DNA of 64,000 nucleotides from Candidatus Marsarchaeota archaeon (GTDB lineage Archaea > Micrarchaeota > Micrarchaeia > Micrarchaeales > Micrarchaeaceae). This document shows, piece after piece, positions 1-8,968 of the stretch. Position numbers and translations under genes: made by a program. Positions within the stretch are counted from its first letter, which is position 1. Each line of letters starts with the position of its first letter. Where the stretch lies: the NCBI GenBank assembly GCA_023485295.1, contig JAMCZQ010000007.1, forward strand, positions 26,335 to 90,334, written 5' to 3'. The notes under the pieces were generated by a model that had not been told where the DNA came from, ran no database searches, and worked only from the letters and a program-made list of their open reading frames with translations.

Positions 1-87
1 AATAAATGGCGGATCGCACAGGCTGGCTTACAAAAGGATGGAGGCTGCACATAGAAAAAATAAGAACAGCGCATAAACTGGCTGCAA

Positions 88-1725
88 GTGTATAACATGG
101 CGGAGAGGAAGGCGAATGAGATATTCAAGGAATTCAGGGAGCATTCAATAGCGGAGTTTTTCAAAAAGAACAAGCAAATGCTCGGCTATGCCGGCATGGT
201 GCGGTCTATGGTCACAATAGTCCATGAGTATGTAACTAACTCCTTAGACGCATGCGAGGATGCAGGCATACTGCCATCGATAGACGTTGAAGTTGCCCAA
301 ATAGGCGAAAACAGGTACAGCGTCATGGTCCGCGACAACGGCCCTGGCATACCGAAAAAGTTTGTCGGTAAGGCGCTGGCAACCATACTTGCCGGAACGA
401 AGTTCCACAGATATGTACAGCAGAGGGGTCAGCAAGGAATAGGCGCTTCTGGGTGCACGCTTTTCGCACAGGTCACGACAGGCAAGCCGATAGCAGTCAA
501 ATCGTATACTGGCGTAAGCGAATGCTATTCTTGCACAGTGGCCATAGACACGGTCAACAATAAGCCCATAATAGCAGCAATGAAGGATATTCCAAACGAA
601 ACTGGCGCTACAGGCACTGAAGTATATGGGGAATTTTCAGGCGTAAAATACGAGAATAGCGACCATGGCGTGTACGAATATCTAAAGAGGACAGCTCTTG
701 CGAACCCCCATGCCCAAATAAGGTTTAAGGATCCGGAAGGCAAGGAATACACTTTTGTAAGGTCTACTGATGCAACGCCAGGCGTACCAAAGGAGACAAA
801 GCCGCATCCGCTAGGGCTGGAGGTAAACGACATAATAGACTTTGCAAAAAGAAGCACGCAGGGCAAGATATCGCAGTTTTTGCTTGAGTCATTTTCACGC
901 GTCAGCAGCTCTAAAATCAACGAGCTCAAGCAAATATGCGGCGTCGATATGGAAAAGCCGCCAAAAAGCATAACATGGGACGACGCTGAAAAGCTCATAA
1001 AGGCGTTCAGGTCCATGAAATGGCTAGCGCCTGACGCAAGCGTAATAAGCCCGATAGGCCAAGAGCGCATAAAGCTTGCGATAAAAAGCATACTTAACCC
1101 AGAATACATGCACGTGATAGAAAGAAAGCCGGCAGTGTTCAAAGGCGGCATACCGTTCATTGTGGAAGCGGCAATAGCTTATGGCGGGCTTGCAGGAAAG
1201 AAGCTTGAAGGTGGCGAATATGCCGGAAGCATACTGAGATTTGCGAACAGGGTCCCATTGTTATTCGATACCGGTAGCTGTGCAATAACACAAGCTGTGC
1301 GGTCAATACAGTGGAAGCGTTACAATATAGATATAGACAATCAGGCCGTGAGCGTGTTTGTAAACATATCGTCAGTGTATATACCATATTCAGGAGTCGG
1401 CAAGGAAGCCATAGCGCAGGAAGACGAAATAATAGAGGAGGTAAAGCTTGCTCTTCAGGATGCTGCAAGGAACATACAGCGCTACATGCACGGCAAGCAG
1501 CAGATCAACTTGGAAACTAACAAGTACAAGACGATAATACGTTACGTGAGCCAGCTTTCTAAGGATCTCAGCAATCTGACTGGTGAGGATAAGCAAATTA
1601 TAGAGCACAAACTTTCGGATTTGGTGTCTGAGCACTACCCTAAAATCAATGATAAAACCGAAAGCAACGACGAAGATGATACGGAATTCAAAGTAATAGA
1701 AAAAGACCCTGGTGAAGATTCGTGA
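88..1725 (+). CDS. top6B: DNA topoisomerase VI subunit B
   Basis: 545-aa ORF. GHKL/Bergerat ATPase motifs (EYVTNSLDA, VRDNGPGIP, GQQGIGASG). Length and layout are typical of archaeal Top6B. GTG at 88, first ATG at 97. Confidence 0.9.
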   Translation: MYNMAERKANEIFKEFREHSIAEFFKKNKQMLGYAGMVRSMVTIVHEYVTNSLDACEDAGILPSIDVEVAQIGENRYSVMVRDNGPGIPKKFVGKALATILAGTKFHRYVQQRGQQGIGASGCTLFAQVTTGKPIAVKSYTGVSECYSCTVAIDTVNNKPIIAAMKDIPNETGATGTEVYGEFSGVKYENSDHGVYEYLKRTALANPHAQIRFKDPEGKEYTFVRSTDATPGVPKETKPHPLGLEVNDIIDFAKRSTQGKISQFLLESFSRVSSSKINELKQICGVDMEKPPKSITWDDAEKLIKAFRSMKWLAPDASVISPIGQERIKLAIKSILNPEYMHVIERKPAVFKGGIPFIVEAAIAYGGLAGKKLEGGEYAGSILRFANRVPLLFDTGSCAITQAVRSIQWKRYNIDIDNQAVSVFVNISSVYIPYSGVGKEAIAQEDEIIEEVKLALQDAARNIQRYMHGKQQINLETNKYKTIIRYVSQLSKDLSNLTGEDKQIIEHKLSDLVSEHYPKINDKTESNDEDDTEFKVIEKDPGEDS

Positions 1726-1738
1726 ATCATGACGACGG

Positions 1739-4090
1739 TCATTCGAATGCGTAATCTATGTCATCCACAGACACTAGTTTTATATATCCTGCTGAAATGT
1801 AAAGCTTGAGCTCCTCAGCCGCAGGATCTGATTTTGAATAAAGCAAGTCTTTGAAATCCTGCATCTTATTCTCATCAAGGAAGACCAGATATGTCTTTGA
1901 GTTTGCCGTTATTGTTACGCTCTTGAATTTGCTCGTTGGAGCATAAATGATTATGTTCCGCTTCTCACCGTGCACTAGTATGCTCGTATCAGCGTTTTCA
2001 GCAGAGTCCAAGTCAGTAAATACGTATGCATGCGTAACGCAGTAGAGCCTTAGCTTCTTGAAAATTGCCAGGTACTCTATGTCATGGCCGCTTTGCGCTA
2101 TCCACTCCTTTGGCGCATAGAGGTCTCCTGCAGTCACAAGCAACCCGGCTCCAACCAACTGGTCCAATACAACCTCTATATTTGCCTCTGTAAGGGTTAC
2201 TGGTATGCCATTATACCTTATGTTATTCGCTATCGCTACTTTTATCTCCGCTTTTGAAAGTGGCATGTAGCGCCAGTGGTAGAAGATGTTGAGCTTTGTA
2301 AAGGTGTTTACTACGTCCTGTGCCTTGAGCGATATTGCAGTCTTCTGCTGCTTTGGCAGTCTCGGGACATCAATGTAGAATTCATCCCTGTTGGGCGCCC
2401 TTACCATCGTTACCATCAGCAATACTACTATTATGACCACAATAAGCGAAATGTCCCTAACACCTATGTGTATCACTGGCGCAGGGTTGGAAGTCGAATA
2501 TATGAGATGGGTCGAAAGCATGCTAAAATTATATTTTAGCTTGCCGTACTGTATCCCAACTGTACTTGGCAGTGCATAAAGCAATGTGCCGTTATTTATT
2601 GTTCCGTTGGATCTATAGTTTCCGTTTAACGTCACGTTATAACTTATTCCTGAGAGCGGCACCCCTGCGGCAGTGATGTAAAACCTGTATATGTTGTGCG
2701 TATAGTTCGCTGCAATCTCGCGTATGCTAACATTCGGTATGTCGAATAATGCCGCAGCGTACTGCTGATTAGAAAAGCTGTCCAGGGTTATTATATACCT
2801 GCCGGGCCCTTCAAGCAGCTTCATGTATTTAACGAAAGTAAAATTTCCAGAAGCAGATATGTAAGGCAAAGGTATTGACGAAACTGTGGACATGTTGATA
2901 TTGTATATGGTCAAATGCGGCTGAATGCCTATTGGCGTTGCCGAATGCGTGAACACCTCCATTGTTATGTATTCAGCGACATTCGGAATTATAAGCCCTG
3001 GCATTGATATGCTGCCGTTATAGCCATATGACGGGAACGAACTCAGATAGTAATACGTTTTACCTGGTAAATAACTGGAATTGGTATATAGCACAACGCG
3101 CAAGTTGCCGGAGAGAAGCCCGCGCATGTTCTGCGGAGTATAATTTATCGGCTTCGGCTGATTCATTATTATGCCTTCAGCACCAAAATCATGCTTTGAC
3201 GGGTTTATAGATATGTTGCTGATCCCATAAGAGTAGCGCGGCAGCCAAAAGCCTAGCGATATAGCCTTTGCCATATCATCAGCCGCATCGGAAACGTTGT
3301 TCCATGAATCAAGGTAGTTCGAGAAGGCAACTATGCTGCCGTTTAAAGCATTCACGTATGTGGCGCTGCCGAAATTATTGCCTATTGTAAAGGAGAATGT
3401 TGAGCTATTGAAATAGAAATCCGGTCTATGGGTCACAGAAGAGCCACCAGTGACCATGTAATATGGCACATTGCTATTTGGCACGATTATTCCATCTGGG
3501 AGTATGACCCTGGAAAAGGACTGGCCTATGTATATTATGCTTGTTCCTTTTCCAAGCAGGTAGCCTATTAGGGTGGTGTTGCTGTAGTTTCCTAGCATTA
3601 CGCTAGGCAGCAGGCCAGTAGGTATAATCAATATCGAGTCATTTTCGATGGAGGCTACAGAGGACATGTTTATTATTGTCACATTCGGGTACATGGAGCC
3701 AAGTCCGTATTCCTTTAAAGAGCTGTTCACGTCTCCGTAAAACAGCGAAATGCCTGCGCAGTTCACGCAATCCGAAGTTGCATTAAGGATGTACACTTTG
3801 ACAGGAAACGGGCTTTTGAGCAGCGTTGCGTTGAAGTACACCTTAGATATGTTCGAGGCAGAATATGACACGAGAGAATATGGGAGTATCAGCGTGCTGC
3901 TGTTATAATCAAGCGCGTTCTGATAGCTGACATACGCGCTTAGCGACGTATTGAGGCGCACGTGCGTAACCGTCGTACTCGGGGGCGCTTTTATATGGCT
4001 TAAGACTACAGTAAGGTATAAGCCGCTCCCAAGCATTGCAACTAAAAATATTACGACAATAACTGCTATTATGACTTTCAGCTTTGCCAA
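1739..4090 (-). CDS. Large bitopic surface protein: N-terminal signal anchor, ~520-aa ectodomain with ~26 N-x-S/T sequons, second TM, ~220-aa cytoplasmic domain. Last gene of the T4SS-like block.
   Basis: 783-aa ORF with TTG start. Hydrophobic segments VIIAVIVVIFLVAMLGSGLYLTVVL and ISLIVVIIVVLLMVTMV. Sequons counted by eye. No family recognised. Confidence 0.6.
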   Translation of the reverse strand: MAKLKVIIAVIVVIFLVAMLGSGLYLTVVLSHIKAPPSTTVTHVRLNTSLSAYVSYQNALDYNSSTLILPYSLVSYSASNISKVYFNATLLKSPFPVKVYILNATSDCVNCAGISLFYGDVNSSLKEYGLGSMYPNVTIINMSSVASIENDSILIIPTGLLPSVMLGNYSNTTLIGYLLGKGTSIIYIGQSFSRVILPDGIIVPNSNVPYYMVTGGSSVTHRPDFYFNSSTFSFTIGNNFGSATYVNALNGSIVAFSNYLDSWNNVSDAADDMAKAISLGFWLPRYSYGISNISINPSKHDFGAEGIIMNQPKPINYTPQNMRGLLSGNLRVVLYTNSSYLPGKTYYYLSSFPSYGYNGSISMPGLIIPNVAEYITMEVFTHSATPIGIQPHLTIYNINMSTVSSIPLPYISASGNFTFVKYMKLLEGPGRYIITLDSFSNQQYAAALFDIPNVSIREIAANYTHNIYRFYITAAGVPLSGISYNVTLNGNYRSNGTINNGTLLYALPSTVGIQYGKLKYNFSMLSTHLIYSTSNPAPVIHIGVRDISLIVVIIVVLLMVTMVRAPNRDEFYIDVPRLPKQQKTAISLKAQDVVNTFTKLNIFYHWRYMPLSKAEIKVAIANNIRYNGIPVTLTEANIEVVLDQLVGAGLLVTAGDLYAPKEWIAQSGHDIEYLAIFKKLRLYCVTHAYVFTDLDSAENADTSILVHGEKRNIIIYAPTSKFKSVTITANSKTYLVFLDENKMQDFKDLLYSKSDPAAEELKLYISAGYIKLVSVDDIDYAFE

Positions 4091-4103
4091 TCCCTATACA
4101 CCA

Positions 4104-4238
4104 TTAATACTCCTTCTTTTTTGCAAAGGCCTTTGAAAAAAGTCTTGTAAGCGCATTCTCGTGGCTTCCTACGCGTTTAATGATCCCATAGATCCTTATG
4201 TACTTGATCCTCCTGTTTATCCTGACGTCATATTTCAT
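4104..4238 (-). CDS. Possible 44-aa basic micro-ORF (MKYDVRINRRIKYIRIYGIIKRVGSHENALTRLFSKAFAKKKEY)
   Basis: Not in the ORF track (under 60 aa). The ATG lies 3 nt after the stop of the 4242..4973 gene, and the ORF ends 13 nt before the TTG start of the 783-aa gene. It fills an otherwise unexplained gap inside a tightly packed operon. Confidence 0.3.
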   Translation of the reverse strand: MKYDVRINRRIKYIRIYGIIKRVGSHENALTRLFSKAFAKKKEY

Positions 4239-4241
4239 GCT

Positions 4242-4973
4242 TTAACCCTTGAGCTCTATATAGCCTGTTGAAACCATCTTGTTTAGCATCTGCTCGACGC
4301 GCGGAGGGGATATCTTGTAGGTTTTTGAAAACTCCATAAGGTCTATCGTATTGTTATGCGCATCGATCCAGTCCTCTATCATTACCATGAGCGACTCGTC
4401 CGAAAATGTCTCAAGCGATGACAGCCTGTTTTTCAGATCCCTGTTTTCGGCTGAAAGCTGCGCTGCCTGGACAGTCAGGTTTTTATTCGAAGCGGTAAGC
4501 TCTATGTTGAGCCTCTTCAATTCCCTGTATTCATTGAACAGCGAATCGTAGTTGTTGAAAAGCGCGCTGTAATTTTGCGACAGCGAGTTAAGCATGTCGT
4601 CTATGGCAGAATCCACATACTGGTATGTGCCTGCGGGGTCTGCATAATAGAGGTCAGTTATCAATGACAATATGCCAAGAAGGTTCTTTATAACATACAG
4701 CCTTCGCATCTTTTCGCTTGTGTCCTGCGCTATCGAATATTGCACAGATATCGTGTCAGGCTTCAATGTTATTATGAAGAACAGGAATGGGTTTTTCTGT
4801 ATATCCCTGCTTTCTATGTTCAGCATCACAAGGCTGTTGTCCGGATTTATTTTTATGGAGAACATCTGCAGCGTGGAAAGCCTTTTGGATATGGTCTGGA
4901 AGTCGCCGGTCAGCGTACCCTTAAGCGTGAACTCCGCAATTTTGGGCTCAACAAGCCCCGTTTCATTAGCCAT
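4242..4973 (-). CDS. Hypothetical protein: N-terminal domain, central coiled coil, C-terminal winged-helix-like module
   Basis: 243-aa ORF. Heptad-like stretch ELKRLNIELTASNKNLTVQAAQLSAENRDLKNRLSSLE. C-terminus MEFSKTYKISPPRVEQMLNKMVSTGYIELKG resembles a wHTH. Confidence 0.55.
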   Translation of the reverse strand: MANETGLVEPKIAEFTLKGTLTGDFQTISKRLSTLQMFSIKINPDNSLVMLNIESRDIQKNPFLFFIITLKPDTISVQYSIAQDTSEKMRRLYVIKNLLGILSLITDLYYADPAGTYQYVDSAIDDMLNSLSQNYSALFNNYDSLFNEYRELKRLNIELTASNKNLTVQAAQLSAENRDLKNRLSSLETFSDESLMVMIEDWIDAHNNTIDLMEFSKTYKISPPRVEQMLNKMVSTGYIELKG

Positions 4974-5063
4974 TCAAACAAACCTTAGCCAATTTGTGCA
5001 TTATAATTTTTATATGCACACTTTTATAATGTTTTAGCCGCACTTCTTATATTCAAAAGCGCA

Positions 5064-5447
5064 TCAACTCTTTATACGGGCAGTGCCCTTTTTGGCTTCC
5101 GGCTGCGCCTTCAACCCTGGCGTATAGCTCAGAAGGGACAATGCATACATAAGCGCAATGACAACAATGCCAGCGACAACCGCCCCGATGCTCCTGCCTG
5201 TAGCTATAAGCACAGCGGCAAAAAGCACACCTATCACCAAATAGGATATTGTCTTGGTGTTATACGAATCCCTAGCCTTTTTATATTTTACATAGCAGTC
5301 CTTGCAAACGACAAGCCTGTAGCCCTTTTCGTTCTTAGTCACGTTCTTCTTAAACCAGCGCATCGCGTCTATAATCCTGTCGTTTTTTACTTCAAGGCCG
5401 TCCTTCTCCAAGCCGCATATTATGCAGCGCGATTCCTTCTTCATCAA
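5064..5447 (-). CDS. Zn-ribbon (CxxC...CxxC) protein with C-terminal double TM anchor
   Basis: 127-aa ORF. CIICG ... CKDC, followed by ISYLVIGVLFAAVLIATG and AVVAGIVVIALMYALSLL. Confidence 0.6.
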   Translation of the reverse strand: MMKKESRCIICGLEKDGLEVKNDRIIDAMRWFKKNVTKNEKGYRLVVCKDCYVKYKKARDSYNTKTISYLVIGVLFAAVLIATGRSIGAVVAGIVVIALMYALSLLSYTPGLKAQPEAKKGTARIKS

Positions 5448-5448
5448 A

Positions 5449-5754
5449 TCAACTTAAGCTTATGGTTGCATCGAATATCCTTCCCGATTCAGCAAGCAGT
5501 CTCTGCTCCTCCATGCTGTTTATTGCATCGTTAATGGTTACATCGTCCATGCCAAGCCTTCTAAATATGTTTATTATGGCATCGCGCTTCAGGTTTATCT
5601 TTTCAAGCATTCCGGCAAAGGCTATGGCGTTTACGTGCCTGTGCATCTTCTCCATGTCTGAAAAGAGCTTCTCTATGCTGCTCTCATCTACCTTGTATAT
5701 GGTGAGCACCCTTCTCAGCTCCTGCCTGCTTATCACAAACGTATCCTTAGGCAT
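5449..5754 (-). CDS. Small helical protein, stand-alone paralog of the C-terminal ~62 aa of the adjacent ATPase
   Basis: 101-aa ORF whose start overlaps the ATPase stop by 8 nt. An ungapped alignment of YKVDESSIEKLFS...FRRLGMDDVTINDAINS to the ATPase tail YNVNVDSINKIFS...LKSLSIDDMLITRIISS gives about 16/62 identities. Confidence 0.6.
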   Translation of the reverse strand: MPKDTFVISRQELRRVLTIYKVDESSIEKLFSDMEKMHRHVNAIAFAGMLEKINLKRDAIINIFRRLGMDDVTINDAINSMEEQRLLAESGRIFDATISLS

Positions 5755-7273
5755 TCATAACACCTGTCGATGAAATAATCCTAGTTATAAGCATATCATC
5801 TATGCTGAGGCTCTTCAGGAACGACACTATGTCTGCATTCGTGACCCCGTTCGTTGCCATGAGCCTTACAAAGTCAAGTATCTTCAATGACCTGCCTTCG
5901 GTGTCAATGGTGCTGAATATCTTGTTTATAGAATCAACGTTCACATTATACTCTATGAACTTGTTCTTAAGCTCCTCTTCCTCAAACTGGTAATCGCGCT
6001 GTATAATGCCTGCACTGAGCTCGCTTTGCGTCAGCACATCTGACAGGTCTATTGTGTACACGTACAGCGGCTCCTCGCCCTTGACCCTGTCCAATACGAA
6101 TATTTCTGGGAACTGCAGCGATGTCTGGAAAGCCATGTTAACCGCGGCCTGCCCAACTCCAAATTTGCTTATCTCAGACCTTATGAAGTCTGAAAAATTA
6201 AGGGATCCCTGCACGTAGTCAAGGAACTTTTCGAACTTTATCCTTAGTATGAAGGATGTTCCCACGTTTGAGAATATTGCTTCGTTTATGTCTGTTGGGT
6301 TTTGTGACGCCACTATAAGGCCGAACTGGTACTTCCTGCCCTCCCTTACGATCATAACGGCATCGCTTTTTTCATCGCCTGCAATTTTCCACGCTTCATC
6401 AAGCACCACCAATGTGCGTATGCCCTTATTTTCGCTCCAGCCCTCGAATCGCATGCGCTCCTTTAACGTCTGCAGTATGAACAAGGCAGCAAGGGCCCTG
6501 AATCGTTCATCAGGCAGGCCGGACAGGTCTATATCAACCAGCCCTGAGCTTGCGAGCTTCTGCAGGTTTATTGTGCTTTTCCTTGAAAAATAATCCTCGC
6601 CCTCCCTTGCAAATTGCCTTAGCCTGTATATTGCATTTTCAAGCTCTGCAGGATATTCATAGGTGCCTTCCTGCAGCTGCTCCTCGAGTATCGATATCGC
6701 ATCCTTCAGGGTAGGCGCGTCTTTTCCTTCCGGCGCAGGCTCTGCTATGTTGAACCCTGCGTTGACATACGCCTGCTCTATAGCTTCTTCTGTGAGCCGC
6801 CTCTGCTCCGGATATGCTGCTATATCCGTCAGTATCTCAAAAGATGTCAGTATCTGCTTTGTCCTGTCCAGGGGTTTCATTCCTGAGAGGTCCATGATGT
6901 TTATATAGTCTCCTTTGCCTAGCGATACTATTACGCCGCCGCTCTGTTTTACCCATGCTTTGTACTCGGCAGCCCAGTCTATTATCACTGCATTTGTATC
7001 CCATATATAGCTGGCCCTTATTAGGAAAGTTTTCACGAAATAGCTTTTTCCCGCGCCTGTTATTCCTACAACTGCTATATGCGGGTTCGTGAGGTTCGTG
7101 AAAGACCAGCTGAACGGGACCTTGAACAGCTTCGTGCTTCCTATGTATATTGCCTTGAATGGGTCGTTTATCAATACGTTTGCAGGCGGCTCAGGGGGCC
7201 TTGACATGAAAGCCCTCTTCCCTATTTCATTGCTCATTATATGCTGCAATTTTAATATGGACATTATAATCAA
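5747..7273 (-). CDS. VirB4/TraC/TrbE-type (AAA_10/DUF87-like) secretion ATPase; a CedB-like candidate
   Basis: 508-aa ORF. Walker A GITGAGKS, IIDWAAEY, APTLKDAISILEE, Walker B VVLDEAWKI, REGRKYQFGLIVASQNPTDI. The DEAW plus RKY..Q..D pattern is VirB4-like rather than HerA-like. Confidence 0.75.
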   Translation of the reverse strand: MIIMSILKLQHIMSNEIGKRAFMSRPPEPPANVLINDPFKAIYIGSTKLFKVPFSWSFTNLTNPHIAVVGITGAGKSYFVKTFLIRASYIWDTNAVIIDWAAEYKAWVKQSGGVIVSLGKGDYINIMDLSGMKPLDRTKQILTSFEILTDIAAYPEQRRLTEEAIEQAYVNAGFNIAEPAPEGKDAPTLKDAISILEEQLQEGTYEYPAELENAIYRLRQFAREGEDYFSRKSTINLQKLASSGLVDIDLSGLPDERFRALAALFILQTLKERMRFEGWSENKGIRTLVVLDEAWKIAGDEKSDAVMIVREGRKYQFGLIVASQNPTDINEAIFSNVGTSFILRIKFEKFLDYVQGSLNFSDFIRSEISKFGVGQAAVNMAFQTSLQFPEIFVLDRVKGEEPLYVYTIDLSDVLTQSELSAGIIQRDYQFEEEELKNKFIEYNVNVDSINKIFSTIDTEGRSLKILDFVRLMATNGVTNADIVSFLKSLSIDDMLITRIISSTGVMNA

Positions 7274-8100
7274 CTCTCCTGGTCAAACATGTTTGTCAAT
7301 TCGCTGAACGTTGTCGGCAGTGAAAAATTGAAGTTGAATGTTGCATAAAGCTCCCTGCCAATGATCCTCTGCGTTGCCACATCGAAGGCGCTGAAATTCA
7401 GCTTAAGCTGCTCTATCTGGCCTTCCAGCGCGTCAAGAGCTGCCTTCTCCGACACTCCAATTGCAGTAGTCTCTATATACATGACCGTAGCTATCGGCTT
7501 TTCTCCCTGCGAGATTCTGTTTATCTTTGCCTGTATTGTATTGAGCTTTCTTTGGATATCTGATATTGTGACTTCGTTGGCATTGTTCTGCATGGCTCTT
7601 GAGAGCTGGAATTCCTGGTACGAACGTTTGCCTTCAAGCTCGTCCCTTATTCGCTGCACGTCCTGCCCTGCCGAAAGCACGTGGAATTTGAATGGAAAGT
7701 TTACGTTCATTACCATCTTTTCCCATGTGTCTGGGGCATTGGTCATTTTGTCCTCGTCATCCTCAGGCGCATTCTCCTCCCTGAAAGTGTAGCTGAATAG
7801 GTTCACGGCTATATACCCTGTTGCATAGAATATGCCGTTCACGTTCTTTATCACTGTGTTCTGCGCCTTGTTTATAAGGTAGTCCTTAGAAGGCTGGAAG
7901 CTAACACCCAGAATCGAGGTTATTGTTGAGAAGATCCTGTCATCAGCCCAATTCATTGCAAGTATGAAAATGGCTGTCAATACGAGTAGCAGTATCGCAA
8001 TCGCATGCAGTATGCCTTTTCCGAAAGCCGACAGGCCTACGAAAGCAAACAGTATTATTATAAGGCAGAAAAGCAGATACATGAGCTTGACTTCATCCAT
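7270..8100 (-). CDS. 2-TM plus soluble-domain protein, paralog of 8100..8933; candidate VirB3 / VirB4-N-domain-like partner of the ATPase
   Basis: 276-aa ORF with a 4-nt ATGA overlap with the ATPase gene. N-terminal hydrophobic hairpin. Shared pattern with its neighbour: VIKNVNGIFYATGYIAV versus ILKRVGDNFIATVYISI. Confidence 0.55.
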   Translation of the reverse strand: MDEVKLMYLLFCLIIILFAFVGLSAFGKGILHAIAILLLVLTAIFILAMNWADDRIFSTITSILGVSFQPSKDYLINKAQNTVIKNVNGIFYATGYIAVNLFSYTFREENAPEDDEDKMTNAPDTWEKMVMNVNFPFKFHVLSAGQDVQRIRDELEGKRSYQEFQLSRAMQNNANEVTISDIQRKLNTIQAKINRISQGEKPIATVMYIETTAIGVSEKAALDALEGQIEQLKLNFSAFDVATQRIIGRELYATFNFNFSLPTTFSELTNMFDQES

Positions 8101-8933
8101 TAGATCACTTGTTCTTGTATATTCTTGTTTATCTGCTCGGTTACCGTTGAAAATGGTATCAGGTATTCCGGCTCGACGAACTTGAGCAGGTCAGCTCCTG
8201 TTATTATGCTTGGCGGGACGCCGAACAGCGACCCTATCCCGGACATGAGCTCCCTGGCCTTTTGCTGGGCTATGCTTATGGCTTCGTACTCCTTGCTGCC
8301 TGTTGCTGACACTGTCACATAGGAAAGGAGCTCGAATGACAGGCTTTTGCTTATGCTGTCAAGCATGTTCCTCCACATTGCAAGCTTGCCCCTAACCCTC
8401 TCAAGGTCCTTTTTCGGGGCATTCTTGTCCTGCAGCTCAGCCTCCTCGTTTTCGGTCATGCTGATCGTTTCCCTGAGCTTCTGTATGTAATCATCCTTGT
8501 TCATCACATAGAGCTCCGTAGTGTACCTTGCCGGATCCTTAGAAAGGCCAACGAGCTTGCTTATCTGCATTGCAAAATCCAGCTTTTCTTCATCTTCCAT
8601 CTCTGTAGCAGACCTGTAGACAGGTATTGATATGTACACAGTGGCTATGAAATTGTCTCCGACCCTTTTAAGTATTGTGTCCTCGGTTTGCGACATCCAG
8701 TAAGCATTCTCCTTGCTAAGCACTATATGCCTTTTGTGCTGCTTTATAAGCGGTATTATAAGGTACGAATAGTACTTCGATGAAAATGCCAGTGCGTCAA
8801 AAATCATCGAAAGCAGTAGGAATATGATTTTTATGTAGGCTGGGATGAGCAGGTCCGGCGCCAGGATCACAACGCCAAGAAATATTGCCGATATAAACAA
8901 CAGCCCTACAAAAACCATCGATTGACTTGCCAT
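8100..8933 (-). CDS. 2-TM plus soluble-domain protein, paralog of 7270..8100; candidate VirB3 / VirB4-N-domain-like
   Basis: 277-aa ORF with a 1-nt TAATG overlap with the downstream gene. Two N-terminal TM segments, then a charged soluble domain. Confidence 0.55.
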   Translation of the reverse strand: MASQSMVFVGLLFISAIFLGVVILAPDLLIPAYIKIIFLLLSMIFDALAFSSKYYSYLIIPLIKQHKRHIVLSKENAYWMSQTEDTILKRVGDNFIATVYISIPVYRSATEMEDEEKLDFAMQISKLVGLSKDPARYTTELYVMNKDDYIQKLRETISMTENEEAELQDKNAPKKDLERVRGKLAMWRNMLDSISKSLSFELLSYVTVSATGSKEYEAISIAQQKARELMSGIGSLFGVPPSIITGADLLKFVEPEYLIPFSTVTEQINKNIQEQVI

Positions 8934-8951
8934 TATATCATTCTTAGTTTG

Positions 8952-8968
8952 TTTTAAAGTTTAATAAA
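8952..8968 (-). promoter_or_regulatory. AT-rich TATA-like elements (minus strand TTTATTAA / CTTTAAAA) 19-35 nt upstream of the ATG at 8933; possible internal, near-leaderless promoter
   Basis: This is the only AT-rich 50-bp gap inside the block. The spacing fits an archaeal TATA box about 25-30 nt upstream of the transcription start site. Confidence 0.3.

Noticed and set aside
1-87. Possible 3' end of an upstream plus-strand CDS (frame 1 is open to the TAG at 52..54)
   Set aside because: Only 17 codons are visible, which is too short to support any call.
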